A DNA stretch of 64,000 nucleotides, taken from Macrostomum lignano. Taxonomy: Eukaryota. The number at the start of each line of letters is the position of its first letter. Position 1 is the first letter of the stretch. This document shows positions 1-9,279 of this stretch, piece by piece. Location of the stretch: assembly GCA_002269645.1 (NCBI GenBank), contig NIVC01000209.1, positions 1 to 64,000 of the forward strand. Direction: 5' to 3'. The notes beneath the pieces were generated by a model. It saw only the letters and a program-made list of their open reading frames with translations. It made no database searches and was not told where the DNA came from. The translations under genes and the position numbers were made by a program.

Positions 1-393
1 CATCTCCGGCTACATGCGGGCTCGAGATGCCTCTCTATCCGGACCTCAGGTCCTACGAAATTTCTCAATAGCGCAATCCCATCCGCTCATGGTTGGTGTC
101 TCTTCTCAGGCTCACTCTCTCTTTTCTATCCTCTCGCCTCTTCTTCTGCCCTCCTCTCTCCTCTCTTGCCCCCTCTTCTCTCTGGCTTTTTATCAGCGCC
201 ACTCTAACATCACTGATTTGAACTTCGTTTTTGTCTTAGTAGTTGTATACTTCGAACGAAATAGAGCAGTTTTTTATCTTTATTACTAAATATTCCTTAT
301 TACCAACTCTATATCGAGAAATACACAACGTTGTAAAGTGCATCCTTTATTTTGTATTTTTCATTTGGGCGTTTGGAACACAGCAGATATGTT

Positions 394-510
394 AGTAGTA
401 AGCGTTTTTTACGCCATAGCTCGTTTTTACATGGCGAAATCAATAGGAAGTTCCAAGCACTAGTTCAATGGGGATACGTGCATAGCCTGTTTTTGCATAG
501 CAAAACTAAT
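394..510 (+). repeat. Left terminal inverted repeat of the Maverick
   Basis: Reverse complement of 18101-18218, with about 5 differences (1 indel, 4 substitutions) by eye. Confidence 0.95.
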
Positions 511-760
511 ACAAAGTTCTAGGTTATAGACGATGAATTTCCATCCTGCACAGGCGCGTTACCAAATCTCGTCCCGTCATGATCTTTCTAGCATCACTCT
601 TTCTTCTACATACGTGGTCGTTCAATGCTGCGACCGTTGTGTCACAGCCAAATAAAAAAGGCACATACACACGCATCGCTCTATTGCCACAATGCTTTTG
701 TGAATTAGTTCGTTTGTGATGAAAGCTTTTATATTTTTTGTCTGGATAAAAACTATCTGG

Positions 761-1385
761 TCAAGCTTGCATTAAAACAGTGAAACGCTCGCTTTTACCG
801 GCGGCGCAGTAGGGGTTGAAGAACATGCTTGAGAAAAAGCTCAGAGAGGAAAACGCGCGCGAGAAAGGGCTGCTGCGAGCCCGACCATGTTGTCGCATCA
901 CCCAGTGGATGAACGAATTTAGATCCTTTCCACTAGCAAGTTTAAAAAACAGATAGAACAGAATCCAGGCTCCACAGTGGGCGGTACGGGGATCCTGCAC
1001 CGCATAGCGCGTGTAACGCCAGTTTTTTGGATCTCCAAATTTCGGCTCATCCACTGGGAGATTTCAGGCAGCGGGTGCAAACCTAGCGGATCAAAGTATT
1101 CACCTATCCTAGCTCGTCTAACAGCGCCAATAGGGCCTGCACAGACCCAGACAGCAACCCAGTGTTTTCCGGGCAAATTGCTAGGGTCCGTGTTTACGAT
1201 GAAAAAATAGTTACGCGTGTCTTGAAAGTACGGACTCGTGTTTAGAGTAGGGATCGTTGGTAGAGAATTGCTTGGGTAAACTCCCATAAAAACTGCATCA
1301 GGATAAATACGCAATATTTTAGGCAGACCGAGCGCAAAAACACATTAGTTACGCCAGATAGAATAGTAGTGTTATCTACTTCCAT
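761..1385 (-). CDS. Adenain-like (C5) cysteine maturation protease, frameshifted
   Basis: FMGVYPSNSLP, IVNTDPSNLPGKHWVAV (His) and EYFDPLG (Asp) in ORF 919-1314; AVQDPRTAHCGAW (Gln/Cys) in ORF 761-1054. Probable ATG at 1385 overlaps the MCP end. Two frameshifts inferred. Confidence 0.88.
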
Positions 1386-2704
1386 ACAGATCCAGGTACC
1401 ACGCGCGGAACTCCGTCAAATGCAGCTGCTTGTCGAATAGTCCGCCCACGATGACGTTGTAGACTTTGTCCGTGGCAGTCGCGAAGCGTAGTTCCAATCG
1501 TACATTGCCCTCTTTATATACCTGTGCGCCAGCTCCGACACCCACCTCACTACCCAGTCCGAAGGCGTAGATAGTGTAGCCGGCTTTGTACTCTGCCATC
1601 GTGAACCCCAAGTCGCGGTTACGCAGATGCAACCCCAGCTGTTGCAAAAACCACCCGTACTCCAAAACGCAGTCCCCACTATCGCTGTAGTCGGTTTCGA
1701 GGGGTCTTGTGGCACCGGCTCCCCATTGACAAACACCCCCAAACTGCTCAGGTTGGCATGTTCGAATCTAAACGGGTTTGTGTCCACACTTCCATTGAAC
1801 GCTTTGTTGCTCACAAAGGCCAGAAGTAGAAGTTTCGGAACGCCGCTTGGGAAGAGATTTTCACGCGTGTAGCTAGACGTACCACTCGTAACAGTAAACG
1901 TGCTCATCTGTAGCTGATTTATTGGATAGATGGCATTGTGCTGTTTCAACCCCGCAGCGTGCGCAGCGAGTACACTCGGCGAGGGGGATACGTAGCGTAC
2001 ACGGAGCTCGGCCTTTAGCACCTCTATCTCGTAGCTCTTTAGCGGGTTTTCACCTATCGCACCGACCATGAGGGCGAAGGCAGCGGAAGACGGAATCAAT
2101 TTTATTTCGTACAGGAGTTTTAGACAACAGAAACCGCGGCTGGCGGCACATGTCCAAGAACAAGGGCCCCGATAAGCGCACTCTCGACCCCTGCTATCAA
2201 TGCGCGTCGGCGTTTAGCGCCAACGTTCGCGTCGCCGGCTGAATGCATTTGTCCAGCTGTGTCTTTGTAGAAACCCCAGGGCGTTAGACCACAGGTTTGA
2301 GCATCCGAACCATATTCTAAAAGCGTCAGTAGCATGGCTTTGTAGGGGTACATGAAGGTTCCGCCTTCGACTACAGTGTCTCCAATAGTTAGTTGTACAT
2401 CGCGGAACAGGCTCGCGATAGGCAAATTAGTCAGCGCTACGTTGTTCTTCGTCGCATCAGCGGTTACTCCGTCCGAGTCTCGTACACGTATGGCCAGATT
2501 TAGAATCGTCTCTTGTAGATCCAGGTAGAGTGCATCCCCTGCGGAGACGACTTCGAACTCGATTGGGGCACCTTTTGAGAGTCCGTGTTGCGGCTGAATG
2601 TGGGTATACTGGCTGTCCACTACACTGTACTGTACAGCGGCTGCATCAAAAAGGGCCAATTCGCTTTTTAGTACTACACTGTCAGGGCCAAGCAACTGGT
2701 TCAT
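1372..2704 (-). CDS. Major capsid protein (double jelly-roll, Polinton PY type), frameshifted
   Basis: Polinton MCP motifs SELALFD, LYLDL, MYPYKAMLLTLLEY, GFYKDTAG, AFNGSVDTNPFRFEH and GYTIYAF...GNVRLELRF, spread over ORFs 2120-2704, 1416-2099 and 1372-1665. Confidence 0.92.
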
Positions 2705-3162
2705 TTTCGGTTTTCAGGAGACTAAACAGCGATTTAGCAGCAACGGCCTTGCGATTCCGCTTTTTCTTCACCCTTCGTCGCTTCTTCTTGGTTAGACCCT
2801 TTCCTCGCTGGGTTTTTGCCGGTTTTCCACGAGTGCGAGCTTTCTTACCCCGTTTGCTTATAGTTTTCCGGGACGTTTTTTTCGGCTGCGTTTTGTGGGA
2901 ACAGCTGCGCTCGACATCTTGTAACCGCTCCCGTGTGCTTTCGTTTGCGATTAACGTTTGTTGTCTCGTTGCTAGTGCCTGATAGGTATTCCAAGCCCCG
3001 TGCCAAAAGATCCTTTCCCGCACTCCGCATAACCGGGATCAACACTCGATTAGAGAGGTTGGAAAGGAATCCATAGCCTTCGTAGATCGGAATCGCTCGG
3101 GCGGAGGATCCTCCCCCGCTTTGAGTGGGTCCAGAATAGAATCGGTATATTGGATCCATCAA
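2682..3162 (-). CDS. Basic Lys/Arg-rich putative virion core protein with QxGxG motifs, frameshifted
   Basis: MDPIYRFYSGPTQSGGG...IPIYEGYGFLS N-terminus, resembling the Polinton gene found directly upstream of MCP. Highly basic C-terminus (KTQRGKGLTKKKRRRVKKKR) in ORF 2682-3023. Confidence 0.65.
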
Positions 3163-3196
3163 ATTTTTAATTGTTATTATGTTCCCATTTCACAGT

Positions 3197-4407
3197 TTAC
3201 TTATAAACGCGCCGAAAAAGCCGTCGAGTTCGCTCATCCAACTCGCCTTCTTTCAACCACTGATTCCTAAAGGCCTCAACTCCTTGCCATTTCACTAAAT
3301 ACCGCCGCTGACCGTCTGAGTCTTTTCGTAAGCGTCTACACGCTCGATGACTGACGGCTCCGTACTTTCTTTTGCTACACGCTGTAGTTCTCCCTCATTG
3401 AAGTAACCCTCTAGTGTGCTATTTCCGTCTTCCGGATTCTCTAGTTTATACGACGCTGCTCGGCGAGGATTCGTAGCACGGATCCGAAACACGGTGTTGC
3501 TCCACACTGTCGAATAGCCCTTCTCGAAGGCACCCGCTGTCGTGCGATTCTTACCCAGTCCCTACCTTTAGTGTTGATAGAGGCTGCTGCGAGGCTTCAT
3601 GCTCTATAATCTCAGACCCGATGATTCCTTGTAGACGCGGATCCACCGCCGTGTTGTGAGGACTCTGACCAAACAGCGCCCGGTGAGGGCTTGAGTTCAA
3701 ATTTCGTTCCATTTGGGGTAGAATGTCATACCAGCGTTCTAGGTTTCGAGCCCGAAAATAACGGCTGAGCCGCTCGTTCAGAGTACGGATTAACCTTTCA
3801 GCGATCGCAGCCTTGTAATTGCTTTGGCTAACAAAAAAGCGTACACCCGCCCGTTTTAGTACAGCTTGAGTTTCACGCCCTAGGAACTCCTTTCCCGCGT
3901 CACCCTGAAGATAGAGAGGTCGGAAGCCTTCACGAAACAGATTTTCAAGTGCGGCGCCCACCTCTTTAGCAGTTTTTGTTCGTAGAGGTCGCAGACGTAC
4001 TTCGCGAGTGAAACAATCGATCAAAACGAGGATGTAGCGGTATCCCTTGTTTTCTGACTTGTATTGAGGGAGATCAGCCAGGTCGATTTGGAATTGAAAA
4101 CCAGGGATATGTGGTACACCAATTCTGCGGGTTTTGAATATTCGTTTAGTTTTGCGAAACAGGTTATATTCTTTGGTATCCCGGGCCCATTCGTCAACGA
4201 TTTCTGCCGCTCGTTTTGATCTAGTGACGGAAACTGGGTTTTAACATGTCTTAATAGCTGTTGCTTACTTCCCGCAAAAGCAGTAGGGCGGTCCAAATCG
4301 TAAAATTGTCTGTCTAAGAAGTTCTTGACGTCTAGCGAGTTGTTCAAACTAGTCCGTTCTTTTGCGTTTTCGGACAGCTGCCGGCTCTGGTGTTTCGCTT
4401 TTCGCAT
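3197..4407 (-). CDS. Retroviral-like (rve) integrase with C-terminal chromodomain, frameshifted
   Basis: FYDLDRPTAFAGS N-terminus. DDE core from reading across frames: QIDLADL...IDCFTR, LQGDAGKEF, KAAIAERLIRTL. FEKGYSTVWS follows. A third frame at 3197-3310 reads RRYLVKWQGVEAFRNQWLKEGEL (chromodomain-like), with TAA at 3197-3199. Confidence 0.92.
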
Positions 4408-4649
4408 CTGGAGGTCTCTTTTTCGCTGCCATCGGTTTTTGTATCGGTGATTCCTCCCGCACCGCTGCTCTGTGGCAAGTTATCAGTTGATGCAGAGCGC
4501 GTCACCGTCATGCAGCACCTAATGTTCTGTATGGTGATATCGCCCGCGTCGGGAGTGTCCTCGTTATGGTGGAGTGCCCCGCCTAAGCAGCCTTGCAAAA
4601 GTCTCACAACCAAATGAAAAACAAAGCGTAAAATTTCGCGTAGTTCCAT
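4344..4649 (-). CDS. Small orphan protein (101 aa) with hydrophobic N-terminus
   Basis: Intact ORF on the same strand as its neighbours, preceded by a TATAAGCTAA motif at 4693-4702. No family recognised. Confidence 0.5.
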   Translation of the reverse strand: MELREILRFVFHLVVRLLQGCLGGALHHNEDTPDAGDITIQNIRCCMTVTRSASTDNLPQSSGAGGITDTKTDGSEKETSRCEKRNTRAGSCPKTQKNGLV

Positions 4650-4727
4650 TATCAGAGTGTGTTGATACTCAATCCGCGATGCGTCCGACCAGTTAGCTTA
4701 TAGCTGCTACAATATTTAACTACAAAC

Positions 4728-5431
4728 TTAGCTTGTCAGTGTCTCGTAATTTTCTAGGAAATCCATTTCTTCGTCCCGTGTTTCTTTTCCTCGGTAAAGG
4801 CGGGTGGTAGCTCTTTCTCTGCTGCAGCTGACAATTCCGTTCGAAATTGTTTTCCGACAAGCTGAGGATCCGCTTTTCGTTGACGCAGGTAACTTAAAAA
4901 GTTTTCCAACCCGCCTGGCAGGCGCCCCATGCCTCTTCAGGGGTTTGTCGCGAACTACGTAGTCCATCAGATCGCGCATCTCCGTTTCGGTTAGTTCGGT
5001 GCCGTTTGCCGCAGATTTGCTTTCTCATTTTCGATGAAAGTTTTAAGACGTCGCCAACGTGCCTGAAGTGCTTTTGGAATGCGTGTTGTTTCGCTCTCTT
5101 CCTCCGCGCTATTGACTAACGGCTCTTCACTCGCTTGAGGGTTATCATCTGGCTTCAAAAACTGCTCGCGTGTTTGTAGGAGCTTGCTTTCCATTCTGTT
5201 TCTTGCCAGACGAGCAGGCGAATTCGGGGTAGATTGATCCGTAGCAATAATCTCGTCTAACCCATCGATTTTCTGTTTCATCCGCACGAGTTCTTGTCCC
5301 ATCGTGTCATTTGGCATCTCCAAAACCTTTGCTCGTTCGTCAGCGCACTTGTTTTGCGCGACCAGCTGCGAATATTCTGAGATGGGAATAACAACCATCT
5401 TTTGCAGTGCCTCGTGTGAGCGAGTTCCCAT
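4728..5431 (-). CDS. Conserved Polinton hypothetical protein, frameshifted
   Basis: KMVVIPISEY...IPKALQARWRRLKTFI and DLMDYVVR segments resemble, by recollection, a conserved uncharacterised Polinton gene. Lies in ORFs 4991-5515 and 4728-4979; start uncertain. Confidence 0.55.
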
Positions 5432-5435
5432 ATTT

Positions 5436-5888
5436 TCAGTTTCGTTTGTTCTGTATGCTGCGCACGAGACTAGCAGTACCCGCAGCTGTACCTGCAATGC
5501 CGGAGGTGATTCCAAGAGCCGTGGTGATGGATGGTAATGCTGCCGTTACTGCGGCCACAATCGGCGCGAGGAAAGGCAGAAAACCTCCGTGTTGTACAAT
5601 GATTCTTTTTTTCTCAGTCAGAGAATGACCACCCGAAATGAGCTTCTGAATAGGTCGACAATGTTTTTCTAATTTTTTCCGGTCCGCGTGGCGGAGTGGC
5701 ACTCGCTGCCGCACGATATTGATCAAGAACTCGACTATACAACGCACTTCTGCTAGACTGAGAGTCTTAAGGAAATCTCGTCTGGTTTTTCTATCACGCA
5801 GTCGAGCAACAATGTGCAGAATTTCCGCGCAGTTTGTGATCGAAGATGCACTCTTTCTCGCTTTTTGCGTTAATCGTCGTGCGGCCAT
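5436..5888 (-). CDS. Conserved Polinton protein with QHGGFL motif and hydrophobic C-terminal helix
   Basis: Intact 150-aa ORF. CIVEFLINIVRQRVPL...KKRIIVQHGGFLPFLAPIVAAV matches a Polinton structural-module gene I recognise (NVLKGNVPL...QxGGFL). Confidence 0.72.
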   Translation of the reverse strand: MAARRLTQKARKSASSITNCAEILHIVARLRDRKTRRDFLKTLSLAEVRCIVEFLINIVRQRVPLRHADRKKLEKHCRPIQKLISGGHSLTEKKRIIVQHGGFLPFLAPIVAAVTAALPSITTALGITSGIAGTAAGTASLVRSIQNKRN

Positions 5889-5939
5889 ATCCTACTCTCC
5901 TCACTCTATATTTAATGATGTGCTTGTTTGCTTATAAAT

Positions 5940-6945
5940 TTAGTCGGTTTTTTGGCGGAAATGCAGCACCACTACGCAATGTGCATCCGGCTGGAAAGTG
6001 AGAGGATTTCCCTGTTCGTCACCTAACCGAATGGTGATTTCGTCGATATTTTGCCGATTCGTTGGCAAATAGTAGGGATTTGTGATCATACCGTCTTGGG
6101 GCTGAAGTTGGCCCCCTGTTTGAGGGTGCAACGCCATAATCCGAGAAGGGGCACAAGGTGACTGCCAACCGCTTGGTATTCAATTATGTCAGTGTAGCAG
6201 TGCATGTAGACAGTCTTTCCCCGAACGATTTTTTCGCTGGGCGATGTTAGCGCTATGGCTCTAATCATCCAGGCCTTGTTCTTCTGCCAATACTTATCTA
6301 GCGCTCGGTCCCCCTCGCTCTTCCCAGGCGCCTGTCCCATTATCACCTCTGTACTACCAATTAGAGCTAAAGCTTCGCTTGGTCTCAGACGGAAATCGAA
6401 ATCAGGTCGGTTATGTATTCAGTTGAGCTTTTCGCTCTCTCGTAATAGCTTTTATAGCTTCCTTCCTCACCGATGAGTGGACTCCGAGTAAGAGATTCAA
6501 TGCTATGGAAATCACTATCCTTCCCACGCACTATTTTCCACTGATCGAAGCCATAGACACGCATGAAATGTAAGGTAAACGGATTGCTAATTGACTCGCG
6601 CCACCGTTTCGGAGATACCACAGGTACTGCCGCTCTTCCGGGCGACAAAGCAGATAGGCTTCCAGGTCGCCTCCCTGCCAAATTTTTGTCAAAGCAGCCT
6701 GCTTCACTGAAAGATGTGGACTAATATCAACCGAATAGGGCAATAACCCTGACCTATCGGAGGCAGCATAACCAATGTTTCCTATAGCACCTCTGCACAA
6801 AAGCTCGACTAAAGCGACCTCGTACGCGTTGCGGTCCCATAACGTCCGATAAGGTTCAGAGGATTTTTCAATCGCACACGAAACTCGTTTGGAGTGTTGG
6901 ATGGGTAGCTTTTGTCGTTTGAGGAAGAAAAACGTAGAAGCTCAT
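5940..6945 (-). CDS. Minor capsid protein (penton, single jelly-roll), several frameshifts
   Basis: ATG at 6945 gives MSFYVFLP..YPSNTPNEFRVRL...YEVALVEL. C-terminal YTDIIEYQAVGSHLVPLL...NPYYLP...IDEITIRLGDEQG...VVLHFR motifs are typical of Polinton mCP. Confidence 0.85.
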
Positions 6946-7011
6946 GTTTGTTTCCTTGGTGGCGATGGTTCAGTCTTGAAACAACATGGCTTGCTTATAA
7001 TCCAGGCGCCT

Positions 7012-7696
7012 TTAGTTCTCTGTTGCCAGGCCCACCATAGCTATCATCAGCTCTCCCGCAAACACGCCTGTTCGAAGTCGCAAGAAATCTGGCGTATCCT
7101 GACGCAAGTCGATAAGTAGATATGAGTACGGTTTTCCATCGGTTCGTCTTCGTAGACTTGGACGAGATAGTTACTTTTTTTTGGATACATCTGTTTCCCA
7201 AGATTCAAAACTGCGGTTCGATCTCGTACCGAGCGGGTTAAACAGATGTAGCTTGTAGATAAGCTTCTTGTTCGTGCCTCCGCGTCTGAACGGCTGAACA
7301 GATTCTGGCATAGGTATATGCAGTTTAATGGGAAATGGTGGGCGTGTTTGGTGAAGACAGCTGTGAAGTCGGCGGATTTAGCAATCTCACTTTGCAGATC
7401 GTCAACAACCAAAAGATCTCCCGATCGTAAGCTCCCAACAATGCGCCCGTAAAACCCCGAATAAAATGTATTCCTTCGGAGTTGCCCCAACAAGCCCGAA
7501 TTTTCCCGCGTTCCTGGTCATGAAGATCGGTCCCGTGACACCAGACTAGCCGTTGTGGTGGTTTCTTAAACATGGCTACTCTTTCTTTGATTAGACGCAA
7601 AACCCATTCTGTCTTCCCAGATATCGAAGGCCCCGCCACGATGATGGTTGAATCAGGCGCGAGGCGCAAATCGTAGATAGGCGGCTTTGTCTCCAT
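7012..7696 (-). CDS. A32/FtsK-like genome packaging ATPase, frameshifted
   Basis: Walker A VAGPSISGKT and Walker B LLVVDDL; FTKHAHH, YLCQNLF and PYSYLLIDL motifs. ORFs 7325-7696 and 7047-7493 plus a third frame ending TAA at 7012-7014. Confidence 0.92.
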
Positions 7697-7721
7697 GTAG
7701 CTCAGGCGCTCGCTTGTTGCT

Positions 7722-8137
7722 TTACTTGCATAACTTTGCTACAAATTTGGCGGCTAGTTTCTCACCCAAACCACTGCTTGGATCGTGGGCTATTTCTCGC
7801 GCGCCCTGTTCCAGCAAGCGGTCCGCTTCGAGACGGTCTTTCGTTTCAGAGTTCTTCTCGTAGGCCTTATCGTGCAGCATACACAGCCTATCTAACCTAT
7901 TTTTCCCGGTCTGGCCTTTGGCCAATCGTTCTTTCAACCTAGTACCCGGTCCACAGAATTGGTAGCCCGGAAGATGTAGTTCAAACGGCAAATGGTTAAT
8001 AACCAAATTTACAATACCACTTCCTCTCTGTAGTCGCTGATTCCGTTTTGCTCTACGGCTACTAGTAGTAGTAGTTCGAGATTTTTTTTAGTTTTTCTTG
8101 CGCTCTTTTTCAAGTGCCTGCTCTGGTCTCTTACCAT
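7722..8137 (-). CDS. Parvovirus-VP1u-type phospholipase A2 domain protein
   Basis: HLPGYQFCGPGT (Ca-binding loop) and LHDKAY (catalytic HD..Y), then DRLEAD. Basic N-terminal leader from ATG 8137 joins via one frameshift in the A/T homopolymer near 8082-8089. Confidence 0.85.
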
Positions 8138-8344
8138 TTTCTGCTAGTAATATTTTGAAGTCATAGCTCGTAGGGAAATTTGTTTTGCTTATACAATCTG
8201 TTGACTATTACGTCGATTGGTGGTAGCGTATATTTTGAAGTTGTTTAAAACAAGAGAATATTAGAGTTTGAGTTTGCGGTGCTAGCTACGTTTAGATTTG
8301 TTAGTGTCATCATTATCAGGTCCCATTACGCCGCGCAAAAGCGT

Positions 8345-8921
8345 TCAAATTCCGGTACTGCCCAATCCGCCCGTTCCGCGAATGCGCTTCGGCGGCTCGA
8401 TAGGTCCTTCGTTCTCTTCTTCATCGACGAGGACAGGGATGGTCTTGTCATCGTCGTTGACTAGTCCTCGTCGTGCGCCCTGGTCTTCACTTCTTCTCCT
8501 TCCTTTTTGCCAGGCCTGCCTGCACGATTAACAACAACAGATGGTGTAGCGACACGCTCCAAAACCAATTGAGCGATGCGGTCGCCAGGCTCGACCTTGA
8601 AGTCACAAGTCGAATGATTGAAAAGAATCACTTGCAGCTGTCCGATGTAGTCTGGGTCGATAACTCCGCCGCCGGCAACGATTCCGTAGCGCGCAGCCAG
8701 GCCTGAGCGAGAAGCAATTCGACCATACGTGCCGTCTGGAGATCGATACTTATTCCGGTATCGAGTACACACCAGCTTTGCGCAGTAATGGTTTTTTTCT
8801 CCAAGCTGGCTAGATCGTAGCCAACCGATCGCTCGGTCGCCCGTTGCGGAATCTTTGCTCCGGCTTCCTCCAAGAAGATTCGCAGCTCCTCGTCCACTGA
8901 AGAGCAGCCGGTCGAGTCCAT
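8345..8921 (-). CDS. dut: dUTPase, frameshifted, with extended linker before motif 5
   Basis: Motifs [24 protein letters not shown] and GDRIAQL in ORFs 8628-8921 and 8461-8772. Motif 5 [10 protein letters not shown] lies in another frame ending TGA at 8345-8347. Confidence 0.92.
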
Positions 8922-9279
8922 GTTGCGCAGTGTGCAGATAGAGCTGGAACAGAGATTGGGGTGAGGTGTTTGTTAGTTTCTTGTAGAGGTTTAAAATATC
9001 GTTTTCGCTTTACTTATAATGCTAAAGCCACCCAAGCTACTTCCCTCCTCGTATCTGCCGTAGAAAAACAAATTGACTAGGCCTCTAACAGTTTAGCAAG
9101 ATTAGTAGTAGACCAAGTTTTCGCTGTCGCTATATTTAGTCAAATCACGGCATAGCGCACACTCATCAACACTTGGTTTAAAAAAGTCAAAGCGATAGAT
9201 TAGTTCAACCGCCAGTGGCCGTAGGGTAGAGAGGCGAGCGCGCCCAGCCAAGCACGTTTCGTGTCGAAAGAGCTTAGGG

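Larger units (their letters stand above)
3196..9018 (-). promoter_or_regulatory. Six copies of TATAAG(C/T)(A/T)A upstream of Maverick genes (putative late promoters)
   Basis: Copies at 3196-3205, 4693-4702, 5927-5936, 6990-6999, 8184-8193 and 9009-9018, each 34-88 nt before an ATG on the - strand. Confidence 0.7.

Noticed and set aside
1-387. ORF 14-289 and a possible LTR end left of the Maverick
   Set aside because: Pyrimidine-rich low-complexity sequence with no recognisable motif; no second boundary is visible in the window.
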